A stretch of 64,000 nt of DNA from Candidatus Latescibacterota bacterium (lineage in GTDB: Bacteria > Latescibacterota > UBA2968 > UBA8231): contig OY730476.1 of assembly GCA_963422735.1 (NCBI GenBank), forward strand, positions 4,736,001 to 4,800,000, read 5' to 3'. Shown here piece by piece: positions 27,314 to 35,741 of the stretch. How positions within the stretch are numbered: the stretch's first letter is position 1; each line of letters starts with the position of its first letter. The translations under genes were made by a program, and so were the position numbers. The notes below the pieces were generated by a model. It was not told the DNA's origin and ran no database searches. It worked only from the letters and a program-made list of their open reading frames with translations.

Positions 27314-29656
27314 CTAGTACGCCACGGAGATAAGCACTTGCGTTTTCTCGTCGCCCGCGTCGCCCGCGACGAGGACTTCGAGCACGTACAGGCCTGGGGC
27401 CACGCGCTCGCCGTGGCTGTCACGGCCATCCCAGACGAGCTTGCGCTGGCCGGCGAGGCTATCTTCGCTGCGATCGTACACCGGGCGGCCGGCAAGATCG
27501 TACAGGCGCAATCGCAAAGGGCGCGGCGCTAGTACATTGACCAGCGCGATCTTCAGCGTCAGTTCGTCGTTGATCCCGTCGCCATTGGGAGTAATCGCCT
27601 TGGACGAGAGGGACATATTGGCGAATAACTCCCGAGAGATTGGCAGGCTGACGATGTTGGTGCTGCTCTCGATTTGGTCGGTGGCATCGCCCGGGTCCAC
27701 GCGCTGGCGCACGCTCTCGTCTTGGCGGCTGTCCTGCAAAAAGACGTCGAAGAGCGTCGATTGCCGAAATACGGAAGATTCAAACTTCAGTTCGATGAGT
27801 TGGTCGGTGCGGACGCGGTTGGGCAGATGGACGAGGAAACCGCTTGCGGTGGTGTCTATCTGCGCGTCGAGTGCGGTGCCATTGTGCGAGATGCCCATAA
27901 AATGCACGGGCGCGGTTGATTCCACCGCGAGGCGGTCAAAGCCGATGACATTTTCAGACCGCAAGTAATAGGTAAACTCCGTCAGCATTCCCGGCAGGGC
28001 CTGCTGAGGCGAAATTTCTCCGAGTACGCGGTCGGCGAGGGGTTGAGTAAATTTGACAGCTAAGTGGCCAAGAGAAGCCGCCGCCGCGGGCGAATCCGAG
28101 ATCATGCGCACGTCAACTTCCATGTAGCGGCGCGGCGAGGGTGAAAGAAATGCCTCGCCCGAGAAGCTGTAGATGCGGCTCCACGCGCTCCAATCACCGC
28201 CCGCGGCGAGAGTCGTGTCGATAGGGCCTTTGAAGCTGGGGATGAGCTTGTTGTACCTCCGCTCGGAGACTTCCTTGCCGTTTTTGTCGCGGTACGTGTA
28301 CGTCTCGATAATCTCATTGCCGGTGCGGGTGCGGAGCTCGACGCGCGTACCGGGCGGCTCATCACCGCTCCACTCTATGGAGTTGAGATTTTTGCCTGTG
28401 CCTAAGTCGATCAGGGGTGAGCGGAAGCCGACCTCCGGCGGGAAACCCTCGCCGAAAATCTGGATCTCGTCGGTCGTCCCGCCCGCTCCGCAGCCCGGGA
28501 CTTTGTTGATGCCGCCCTCCTCGCCGAGCCGCTGGAAGGAATAGCAACTGGTATCCCAGAACTTCCACCAGATGCGCACGAAGCGCGTCGGCAGCAGGTC
28601 GAAGTGGTGATCGACTAGGCCGCGGGACCGCTGTTCGGGGTTAGCTTCACCGGAGAAATGCTTGGCCCATAGGCGGGTGCCGTCGGGCGAGAGCGAGCCA
28701 TCCGAGGTCATAAACTCGTAGAAGCGGAAGTCCCAGCGCCGCCGGGAGACATAGTGGTTGGTGGTGATGCCGCCGCCGAAACCCGAGCGCACGACCACGC
28801 CGCCGATGACGCGGACCTGGTCAACCCAGTAGACGGCGCCCAGATCGAGGATCATATGGGCGAGGATGTCGGTTGACCCGCGTGAGGCCGTGCCGGCGCG
28901 CCAGCGCTCGTAGAGGTCGCCATCGAAGAGGGCGCGGGCCTTGCCGAGCGGCTGCTGGTCGGTCTGGGAGAGGTTGATATTGACGTCGACGGCACCGCCG
29001 CGTTCGAGCAGGCCGAGGGCGATGTTGTCGCCGACGGCTTCGACCTCGACCTCGGCGAGGCGGGCACCGGGCACTACGAGGAGCGGTTCGAAGCGGATGA
29101 ATTGGATCGGCTCTTCGTCGATTTTTTCTATTTGGTACGTCACCTGATGGCGACTGTTTTCCTTGAAACGCTTCTTGACGCGATAGACGAGGGAACCTTC
29201 AATGGGCGCGGCAATAAAGTCGGTCTCCGGCTCGCCGGTCGAAAGCAAGAGGTCGAACAGCGCAAAGGGCGGAGCCTCCGCGTCGAAGACCAAAGTAACA
29301 CTGTGTGCCGAGACTGCACGGCCCAGGTCAATCTCGATAAACCAGTCTTCGGCCTCGGCCTCCGGATCGGGCGCCCAGCCGGTTGCGGGGTTGCCGTCAA
29401 TGACGAAGCGGGCAGCGGCGCGATTGGACCCTGCATTGCGGATGCCACCGCCGAATTGGTCCAAATCGCTCACAGCGTTAGTTCCCTTCTCGATCCGGGT
29501 TGGATGGATCGCGCCCTGCGGCGTCAATTCCACCGCGCCCAAGGGCAGATTCCATTGCCGCCAATCGCGCGCCGAGTCGTAGCGCAACTCATCGGCCGCT
29601 AGCGGATAGCTACTGCCCAAGACCAAGACGGCGACGAGGGCCATGCGAACATTCAT
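27314..29656 (-). CDS. Secreted discoidin-like protein with FlgD/CHU-type CTD, paralog 4 (closest to paralog 2); start uncertain, up to 29704
   Basis: FGGGIR, IDGNPATGW, WSAWS, SPSPRRY, ITPNGDGIND, WDGRD. Confidence 0.8.
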   Translation of the reverse strand: MNVRMALVAVLVLGSSYPLAADELRYDSARDWRQWNLPLGAVELTPQGAIHPTRIEKGTNAVSDLDQFGGGIRNAGSNRAAARFVIDGNPATGWAPDPEAEAEDWFIEIDLGRAVSAHSVTLVFDAEAPPFALFDLLLSTGEPETDFIAAPIEGSLVYRVKKRFKENSRHQVTYQIEKIDEEPIQFIRFEPLLVVPGARLAEVEVEAVGDNIALGLLERGGAVDVNINLSQTDQQPLGKARALFDGDLYERWRAGTASRGSTDILAHMILDLGAVYWVDQVRVIGGVVVRSGFGGGITTNHYVSRRRWDFRFYEFMTSDGSLSPDGTRLWAKHFSGEANPEQRSRGLVDHHFDLLPTRFVRIWWKFWDTSCYSFQRLGEEGGINKVPGCGAGGTTDEIQIFGEGFPPEVGFRSPLIDLGTGKNLNSIEWSGDEPPGTRVELRTRTGNEIIETYTYRDKNGKEVSERRYNKLIPSFKGPIDTTLAAGGDWSAWSRIYSFSGEAFLSPSPRRYMEVDVRMISDSPAAAASLGHLAVKFTQPLADRVLGEISPQQALPGMLTEFTYYLRSENVIGFDRLAVESTAPVHFMGISHNGTALDAQIDTTASGFLVHLPNRVRTDQLIELKFESSVFRQSTLFDVFLQDSRQDESVRQRVDPGDATDQIESSTNIVSLPISRELFANMSLSSKAITPNGDGINDELTLKIALVNVLAPRPLRLRLYDLAGRPVYDRSEDSLAGQRKLVWDGRDSHGERVAPGLYVLEVLVAGDAGDEKTQVLISVAY

Positions 29657-29722
29657 AAAAGCCTTGCTTTCGCGCATGTATCGCAGAAAGTGTCCCATAT
29701 TCATATTGATAATTTAATGCTA

Positions 29723-29750
29723 AAGATACCCTCGGCGCGGAACAAGGCAA
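29723..29750 (-). promoter_or_regulatory. Candidate sigma70 promoter of the minus-strand cluster
   Basis: TTGCCT-16 nt-TATCTT in the AT-rich divergent region. Confidence 0.45.
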
Positions 29751-29837
29751 ATGGGCTAGCCGCAGGCTGGAGCGGAACGTCCGCTCCGTTTATATCTTAA
29801 CTTTCCGAAAGCCCACATCAAGCCTTTGCTGGAGAAT

Positions 29838-30758
29838 ATGTCAATAATGATTGGTCGAATTGCACTCTGTGCGCTGATTGCCATGCCAGTCTGCGCTCAG
29901 CACGAGAAAGTCGAGTGGATCGTCAGCCTGCCTACGGGCTGGTCCACCACCATGGTCCTAGTGCCAGCCGGGTTTTTCCCCCGAGGCATGGAAGGGGAAG
30001 CCTTTGACGAACAGCCCGTGCGCGAGATTTACCTCGACGCGTATCTGATCGACAAATACGAAGTCACGGTGGCGCAATGGGGAGAGTACCAACGCGACAC
30101 GGGTGCGCTGATCCCGGAGTGGACCTTGCAGAATACGGCCGCGCGGCAAAATCACCCCATTACGCTGGTGACGTGGTACGATGCAGCGGCCTTCTGCCAG
30201 TGGGCCGGCAAGCGGTTGCCCACCGAAGCCGAGTGGGAACGCGCCGCTCGCTGCGACGACGGCCGCAAGTATCCTTGGGGCGACGGCCTCGATGCCTTTC
30301 GCGCCAATTACTTCCAAAGCGACGATCCGTTTGAGCGCGGCTTCGGGGCCATCCTCAGCACCAACCCGGTCGGCTTTTTCGATGGTTCCAATAGGGACGG
30401 CTACCAAACGCGAGACGGTGCTAGCCCCTTTGGAGCCTACGATATGGTGGGCAATGTCTTCGAGTGGACCAACGACTGGTACCATCCGGGCTACTACGCT
30501 CTCAGCCCAGACACCAATCCCCAAGGACCGGACGAGGGCGTCGTCAAAGCCGTGCGGGGCGGCTCGTACGCGATTGACGCCAGCCACGTGCGGCCCACGT
30601 ACCGAGCGCGGGACGCCCCGGACTTCAAAGGCCCGGACGTGGGGTTTCGCTGCGCCTCCAGCACCAGCTTGGGCACGGGCACAATGCTGCGCCGCCAGAC
30701 ATGGGGCGCGATAAAAAGCGTCCCGTTGGCTTGGCCCAAAGGGGGGGACGATGAATAA
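29838..30758 (+). CDS. FGE-sulfatase (SUMF1-like) domain secreted protein with TWGAIK tail
   Basis: KYEVT, RLPTEAEWE.AAR, YPWG, DMVGNV.EW, RGGS and GFRC motifs; lacks the catalytic Cys pair after RGGS. Confidence 0.88.
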   Translation: MSIMIGRIALCALIAMPVCAQHEKVEWIVSLPTGWSTTMVLVPAGFFPRGMEGEAFDEQPVREIYLDAYLIDKYEVTVAQWGEYQRDTGALIPEWTLQNTAARQNHPITLVTWYDAAAFCQWAGKRLPTEAEWERAARCDDGRKYPWGDGLDAFRANYFQSDDPFERGFGAILSTNPVGFFDGSNRDGYQTRDGASPFGAYDMVGNVFEWTNDWYHPGYYALSPDTNPQGPDEGVVKAVRGGSYAIDASHVRPTYRARDAPDFKGPDVGFRCASSTSLGTGTMLRRQTWGAIKSVPLAWPKGGDDE

Positions 30759-32361
30759 ACAGAGGCATCTAGTCGTTGCCGCGGTGCTGGCCTTGCTCGC
30801 CAGTGCCGCGAGCGCACCGGGGCAGGAAGGCGACTTGCGGCAACGCTTCGGCCTACAGCCGCTGCCCCCACTGCCCTATCCCGAGAACAACCCCTACAAC
30901 CCCGACCGCGTCGGCTTGGGTCGTCTGCTGTTCTTCGACCCCATCCTCAGCGGCGAGAAGGACACGGCCTGCGGCACCTGTCACCTGCCGACCTTTGGCA
31001 TGGCCGATGGCTTACCGCTCGCGGTGGGTGTCGGGGGCACGGGCTTGGGGCCGGATCGGGTGACGGGGCATTCGGCTATCACCGGTGACGAGGTGATTTC
31101 CGAGCCGCGGCACACCATGACCATCTTTAACGTCGGCTACAACGGCGACGAGTCCGGGCTGCCCTCGGCCAAGGGCTTCATGCTGTGGGACGGCAAGGAT
31201 CGCGGCTTGGAGGCCCAAGCGCTACGGCCGCTCATCGTGCGCGTGGAACTGCGCGGCGACGCCTATGAGCGCGAGATGGCCGTTGACAGCGTACTGACGC
31301 GGCTGCGGGGGATTCCCGAATACGTCGCCCTCTTTGAACAAGCCTTCCCGGCCGAAGCCGACTCCGTGGCCCGTCAGTTGCCGCGCCTCGGATGCGCGCA
31401 CGATCCGACGCCCTTGCAGTCGGTCATTACGCGCTCGACTTTTGGCCGGGCTATCGCTGCGTTTGAGCGCGAGCAGAACGTGGTCAACACCGCGTACGAT
31501 CGCTACGTGGCCGGCGACGACGAGGCCCTGACGCTGGCGCAGAAGCGCGGGCTTGAACTCTTCCACACCAAGGCGCGCTGCGTCACCTGCCACAGCGGCC
31601 CGCTGTTTACGGATTCGACCTTCCGCGCCCAAGGCGTTGAGCAGATCGGGCCGGGTCGATCGTCGGCTACGACCAATAGGGGCACCCCGCGTCCCACAGG
31701 CCGGGACGAGGGGCGCTTTCTCAACTCGGGCAACCGCAGCGACATCGGTGCTTTCCGCGTCGTCGGACTGCGCCAGATCGCGCAGACAGCTCCCTATATG
31801 CACGACGGTGCCCTTGCGACGCTGGAGGATGTCATCGAGTTCTACAACCGCGGCGGTGGCGACGAAGCCTCCATCCCCGCCGAGAACATCGATCCCGAAC
31901 TGGTGCCGCTGGGCTTGAGCGCCGAGGAGAAGCAAGACCTGTTGGCCTTCATGCACGCCCTGACCGATTCGACGATAGCGGTTCACGTGCCAGCGCGAGT
32001 GCCCAGCGGCCTGCCGCCACCGGGTCTCGAATTGGCCGCTAGGGCGGGCCTTGTGGTCTCGGTTCCCGCGCCAGCGGCCCGGCCTGTGGCCGTGCGAGTG
32101 TTCAATTTTCCCAACCCCTTTAATGCCTCAACTTCGATTTCAGTGGCACTGCCAGAGGCGGCGCAAGTCGATATCGAGGTGTACAATATTTTGGGGCAAG
32201 TGGTGCGGCGGCTCTTTAAGGGATACTGGCCAGCCGGCGTCTATCAGCTAGCGTGGGATGGGCGCGACGAGGGCGGGCGAGCGGCCGCCAGCGGAGTATA
32301 TCTCATCTCAGCGCAGATGGGTGGCGCACGCTACCTAGCGCGGATGACCCTCCTGCGCTAA
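30751..32361 (+). CDS. Di-heme cytochrome c peroxidase/MauG family protein with FlgD/T9SS type-A-like CTD
   Basis: LGRLLFFDP.LS; CGTCH; CVTCH; TAPYMHDG; NFPNPFN...YNILGQ...WDGRD..G..AASGVY. Confidence 0.9.
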   Translation: MNKQRHLVVAAVLALLASAASAPGQEGDLRQRFGLQPLPPLPYPENNPYNPDRVGLGRLLFFDPILSGEKDTACGTCHLPTFGMADGLPLAVGVGGTGLGPDRVTGHSAITGDEVISEPRHTMTIFNVGYNGDESGLPSAKGFMLWDGKDRGLEAQALRPLIVRVELRGDAYEREMAVDSVLTRLRGIPEYVALFEQAFPAEADSVARQLPRLGCAHDPTPLQSVITRSTFGRAIAAFEREQNVVNTAYDRYVAGDDEALTLAQKRGLELFHTKARCVTCHSGPLFTDSTFRAQGVEQIGPGRSSATTNRGTPRPTGRDEGRFLNSGNRSDIGAFRVVGLRQIAQTAPYMHDGALATLEDVIEFYNRGGGDEASIPAENIDPELVPLGLSAEEKQDLLAFMHALTDSTIAVHVPARVPSGLPPPGLELAARAGLVVSVPAPAARPVAVRVFNFPNPFNASTSISVALPEAAQVDIEVYNILGQVVRRLFKGYWPAGVYQLAWDGRDEGGRAAASGVYLISAQMGGARYLARMTLLR

Positions 32362-32362
32362 A

Positions 32363-33284
32363 GTGGACCGGCAGGTTTTTGCCTACGAGGCGCTCGCCGC
32401 CCTGCTGCTGTGGGGATGCGGACGAGAGCCTGAATCCGCGAGCGGCAGTGTGCGGTTTCGCGGGGGGCTTACTCTTCGTGTTGGCTTGGCTCATAAGCAC
32501 CGGTCTCGATGTGTATGTAGCCGTCCTGCTGGTCGTTGGTGCCTTAGTTGTGTTTATCGGCCCCGCGCGCATAACCTGCGAGGCGGGTCTGCCTAGTATC
32601 CAGACGCCGATGGTACCCCAGGCTTTTATGATCCGTGGCTTTGGCCCCCAAGTGCTGGGCCTGCAGAATATGACCGGCTTGGGGTTGAGCACGGTGTGGT
32701 TAGGGGATACTGCGGCCAATATGATGAATTCAGTGATGCACAGCTTGCGCCTGAGCTCCGGCCAGGAGCACCATCTGCGCCACCTGCCTTGGGCGCTGCT
32801 TCTCGCCCTAGTGGTTGCGCTGGCCGGTTCGATTTGGTACACCATGAGCTTGGCCTATACCCACGGCGGCATCAATCTGCACGGTTGGTACTTTCGCGGC
32901 GTTGTGCGCTGGCCCTTCAATCACATGGCCTTGCTGGCCAACGCGCCCGAAGCGAGCTTTGCGCCCCGGCTGACCTTTATTTCCCTAGGAGCTGGCGTCA
33001 TGGGCGCACTGCTCTACCTGCGCCAGCGCTTTTTGGCTTGGCCCCTGCACCCCATCGGCTTCCCAGTGTCCAACACGCACCCGATCATCACCTTCGGCTG
33101 GTCGTCCATCCTGATAGCTTGGTTGTGCAAGGCGGCAATTCTGCGCTATGGTGGGGTACGGCTCTACCAGGCGATGAGCCCCTTCTTTTTGGGCCTAGCG
33201 CTGGGCGAGTTTTCCGCTTCTGCACGCTGGGTCTTTATCGACGGAGCATTCGGGGTAGAGGGCAATATGATTTTTGTATTCTGA
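32363..33284 (+). pseudogene. 5'-truncated DUF6785/DUF6784 paralog
   Basis: Matches only the C-terminal half of 7774..9672 (RI..EAG, WPLHPIG, PFFLGL); the GTG 32363 frame does not join the conserved frame. Confidence 0.6.
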
Positions 33285-33316
33285 GGTTTCAGCAGGGGCG
33301 CGAAAAGGAAATCCAA

Positions 33317-33796
33317 ATGCGATACTTGCGCTCGCTCAAATTGCTCTTGATCGTCGCGACGGTCGGCGCGGTGCTAGCTCTTTTTGAACAGCAGCGCACG
33401 ACCGAGTACAGGCACCTTTTGGAACGTACGCACGCGCGGGGGCAGCCGCAGCTCAAAGGCACGTCTTTGCAGGAGTTGGCACAGGTGCTGCTGGAGTTGT
33501 ATCCAGAGGGTGCGGAAGCCAATCTACTGATGGGCACGGCCCTAGCCGAGGAGGGGCGGTTGGAGGAAGCCCGGGCACATCTAGAGAAGGCCATGGAAGT
33601 GAACCCGCGCAACTTGCAGCTACTCTTTTTGTACGCGCGGCTCTTGCTAGATATGGGAGAAGATGTGGAGAAAGTGCAAGAGGTAGTAGAAGAGTTGAGC
33701 CGGTACTTTCCGCGGTCGCGGGAGAAGGTAGAGCAGTACTTTGCAGAGGCTTCAAAGGGGAAGATGCGGTTTGGCGGGGATGATCTTTATCGTTGA
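33317..33796 (+). CDS. Membrane-anchored TPR protein
   Basis: RBS AAGGA; N-terminal TM segment; EANLLMG..LA..GRLEEA..HLEKA...NP repeat. Confidence 0.8.
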   Translation: MRYLRSLKLLLIVATVGAVLALFEQQRTTEYRHLLERTHARGQPQLKGTSLQELAQVLLELYPEGAEANLLMGTALAEEGRLEEARAHLEKAMEVNPRNLQLLFLYARLLLDMGEDVEKVQEVVEELSRYFPRSREKVEQYFAEASKGKMRFGGDDLYR

Positions 33797-33819
33797 AGCC
33801 GCGTCCGCACCGCGCCTGC

Positions 33820-35454
33820 TCAGGCCCCGTTGCGCAAGCGGTCCTCGTAGATGTGAATCTGGTCGGCGTACTGATCGTTGAGTTTGACCAGCAGCGCATC
33901 GAAGCGTTCCCGGGTTAGGTCTTGGAGCAGGTGGGAGCGCACCCGGCCCCAGACCTCGTCTAGGCTCTGCTGGCGACCGGGTATCTTCTTAAGCACCTTG
34001 AAGACCGTAAAGCCCTGCGCGGTCTTGACCGGGCCGACGATTTGGCCGATCCCGGCGTCTTTGGCCTCCCAACCTAAGTTGCCGTACTTGTCGGGACGCA
34101 AAAGCTGGATGCGTCCTTCGGCGCGGCGGATGCGGGTGCTGCGCCGCGAATAGCGGCGGGCTAGCTCGCCGAAGTCGCTGCCGCGTTCAATGGCGGCCAA
34201 TACGGAGTCCGCCTGCACACGGGTATCGACGAGGATTTCGAGGATCGAGATCCGCTCCTCGCGCACGTAGAGGTCCTTGTGCGTCTCGTAGTACGCGTGA
34301 ATTTCCTCTTTGGACGGGTTGAGCGTTTCGAGCACTTTGACTTGGCGGATGCGCTCGACTAAAGCTCGGCGGCGCGTGGTTTCAATGCCCTTGGCGATGC
34401 GCTCGGCCTCGTGGATGCCTATTTCGCGGGCGTGGCGCGGCAACAGGACCTTGAGGGCATAGAGGCGACGGGCGAAGCGGCGCAAGTCATCCAATTCGCG
34501 GATCTCTGCCGGGTTGCGCTCGCTGGTCATGGCCGCCATGAAGTTATTCAGGGTCCACGACTCGCCGTCGAGTTCGAGCAGCACTAGCTGGGTCTCCCCT
34601 TTTTTGAACGTGGGCATTTCTTCGCCGGCTGCGCTGAGCCGGGCCAAGAGCAGCTCGAAGGTCTCTCGCCGTTCCCTAATATCGGCGCGGTTGGCTAGTC
34701 CTTCGAGGAATTCAAAGGTGGCGATGGCGTGCTTCTGCTCCTGCATGGTCCTGATAACAGCGGGGGCCACATCCTCGAAGGGCACTTCGCGCTCGTCGGT
34801 GACGACGAAGACCGAGAAGCCGTCTGGCTCCTGCACGGGACCGATGATCTCGCCCGGTTTGGCTCCGAATATCTGGCGGCGCAAAACGTAGTTTTTGAAG
34901 TCGAGGCGGCTCTTCCAGCCGAGGTCGCCGCCCTGCTGGGCGGTGTTGCCATCGTCGGAGAGTTCGCTCGCTACCACGGCAAAGCTGTCGGGGCCGCGCA
35001 GACGTGCGAGCACGAGGTCAATGGCAGCTGGCCCGCTGGCGAGGATGCGGCTCAGGCGGCGCTGTTGGCCGATGCGGTGCTGCTCAAAGTACTGGCGGGC
35101 CTTGTCGCGGTCTATATCCTTGGCGACAGCGACCACGCCGCGACGGTACATTTCGTCGAGGATGAGTTCCTGTTCCTGCTGCGCGACTTTGCTTTTGACT
35201 TGGAAGTCGTTTTCTAAGCCCTCTCGGCGGGCGGCCAACAGCAAGATCTCGATGTTGATGAGTCGCTCAAGTGCTTGGCGTTGGAGGTCGTCCGGGGCGT
35301 TCTTGGGAAAAAGCCGCGAGGCCGCGCGCTCGACGCGGTCGAGCGTGATGGCGACGTCGCCAACGCGGGCGAGTACATCTGGGTCGGGTGGGGGTTCGGG
35401 GACGGTGCAGGCGGAGAATAAAGCACTGAACAACAAGAAAAAAAGATGCAGCAA
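33820..35454 (-). CDS. Parvulin-type PPIase lipoprotein (two rotamase-like domains)
   Basis: Lipobox FSAC; SDD..TAQQGGDLGW; DFGELARRYS; GPVKT..GF. Confidence 0.88.
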   Translation of the reverse strand: MLHLFFLLFSALFSACTVPEPPPDPDVLARVGDVAITLDRVERAASRLFPKNAPDDLQRQALERLINIEILLLAARREGLENDFQVKSKVAQQEQELILDEMYRRGVVAVAKDIDRDKARQYFEQHRIGQQRRLSRILASGPAAIDLVLARLRGPDSFAVVASELSDDGNTAQQGGDLGWKSRLDFKNYVLRRQIFGAKPGEIIGPVQEPDGFSVFVVTDEREVPFEDVAPAVIRTMQEQKHAIATFEFLEGLANRADIRERRETFELLLARLSAAGEEMPTFKKGETQLVLLELDGESWTLNNFMAAMTSERNPAEIRELDDLRRFARRLYALKVLLPRHAREIGIHEAERIAKGIETTRRRALVERIRQVKVLETLNPSKEEIHAYYETHKDLYVREERISILEILVDTRVQADSVLAAIERGSDFGELARRYSRRSTRIRRAEGRIQLLRPDKYGNLGWEAKDAGIGQIVGPVKTAQGFTVFKVLKKIPGRQQSLDEVWGRVRSHLLQDLTRERFDALLVKLNDQYADQIHIYEDRLRNGA

Positions 35455-35741
35455 AAAGGCCTCCTAGTGGAAATTTTATCTATTCCAATAAATATATTAG
35501 TGCCGTGTAATTTTACTAAGTGCTAATTATGTTACTGACGTTGTGCAGTTTGCCGCACAATGCGTGGTTTCGCCTCGCCTCCCCCTCCCGGCGGAAGCAG
35601 GCTTCACCGCGCCACCCGTTTTCACGGGCGCAGGCTTTAGGCGCGACATCCACCGGGGGGCCACTGGTCGGAACCGTCCGCGACAAAGCACTGCGTAATG
35701 TCAGTTATAATATTGTGGACAATAAGCAATTCTGTATCAAA

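Noticed and set aside
29769-29787. Hairpin GGAGCGGAACGTCCGCTCC as a terminator
   Set aside because: It lies between divergent gene starts with no U-tract; it may be an operator or REP but that is unsupported.
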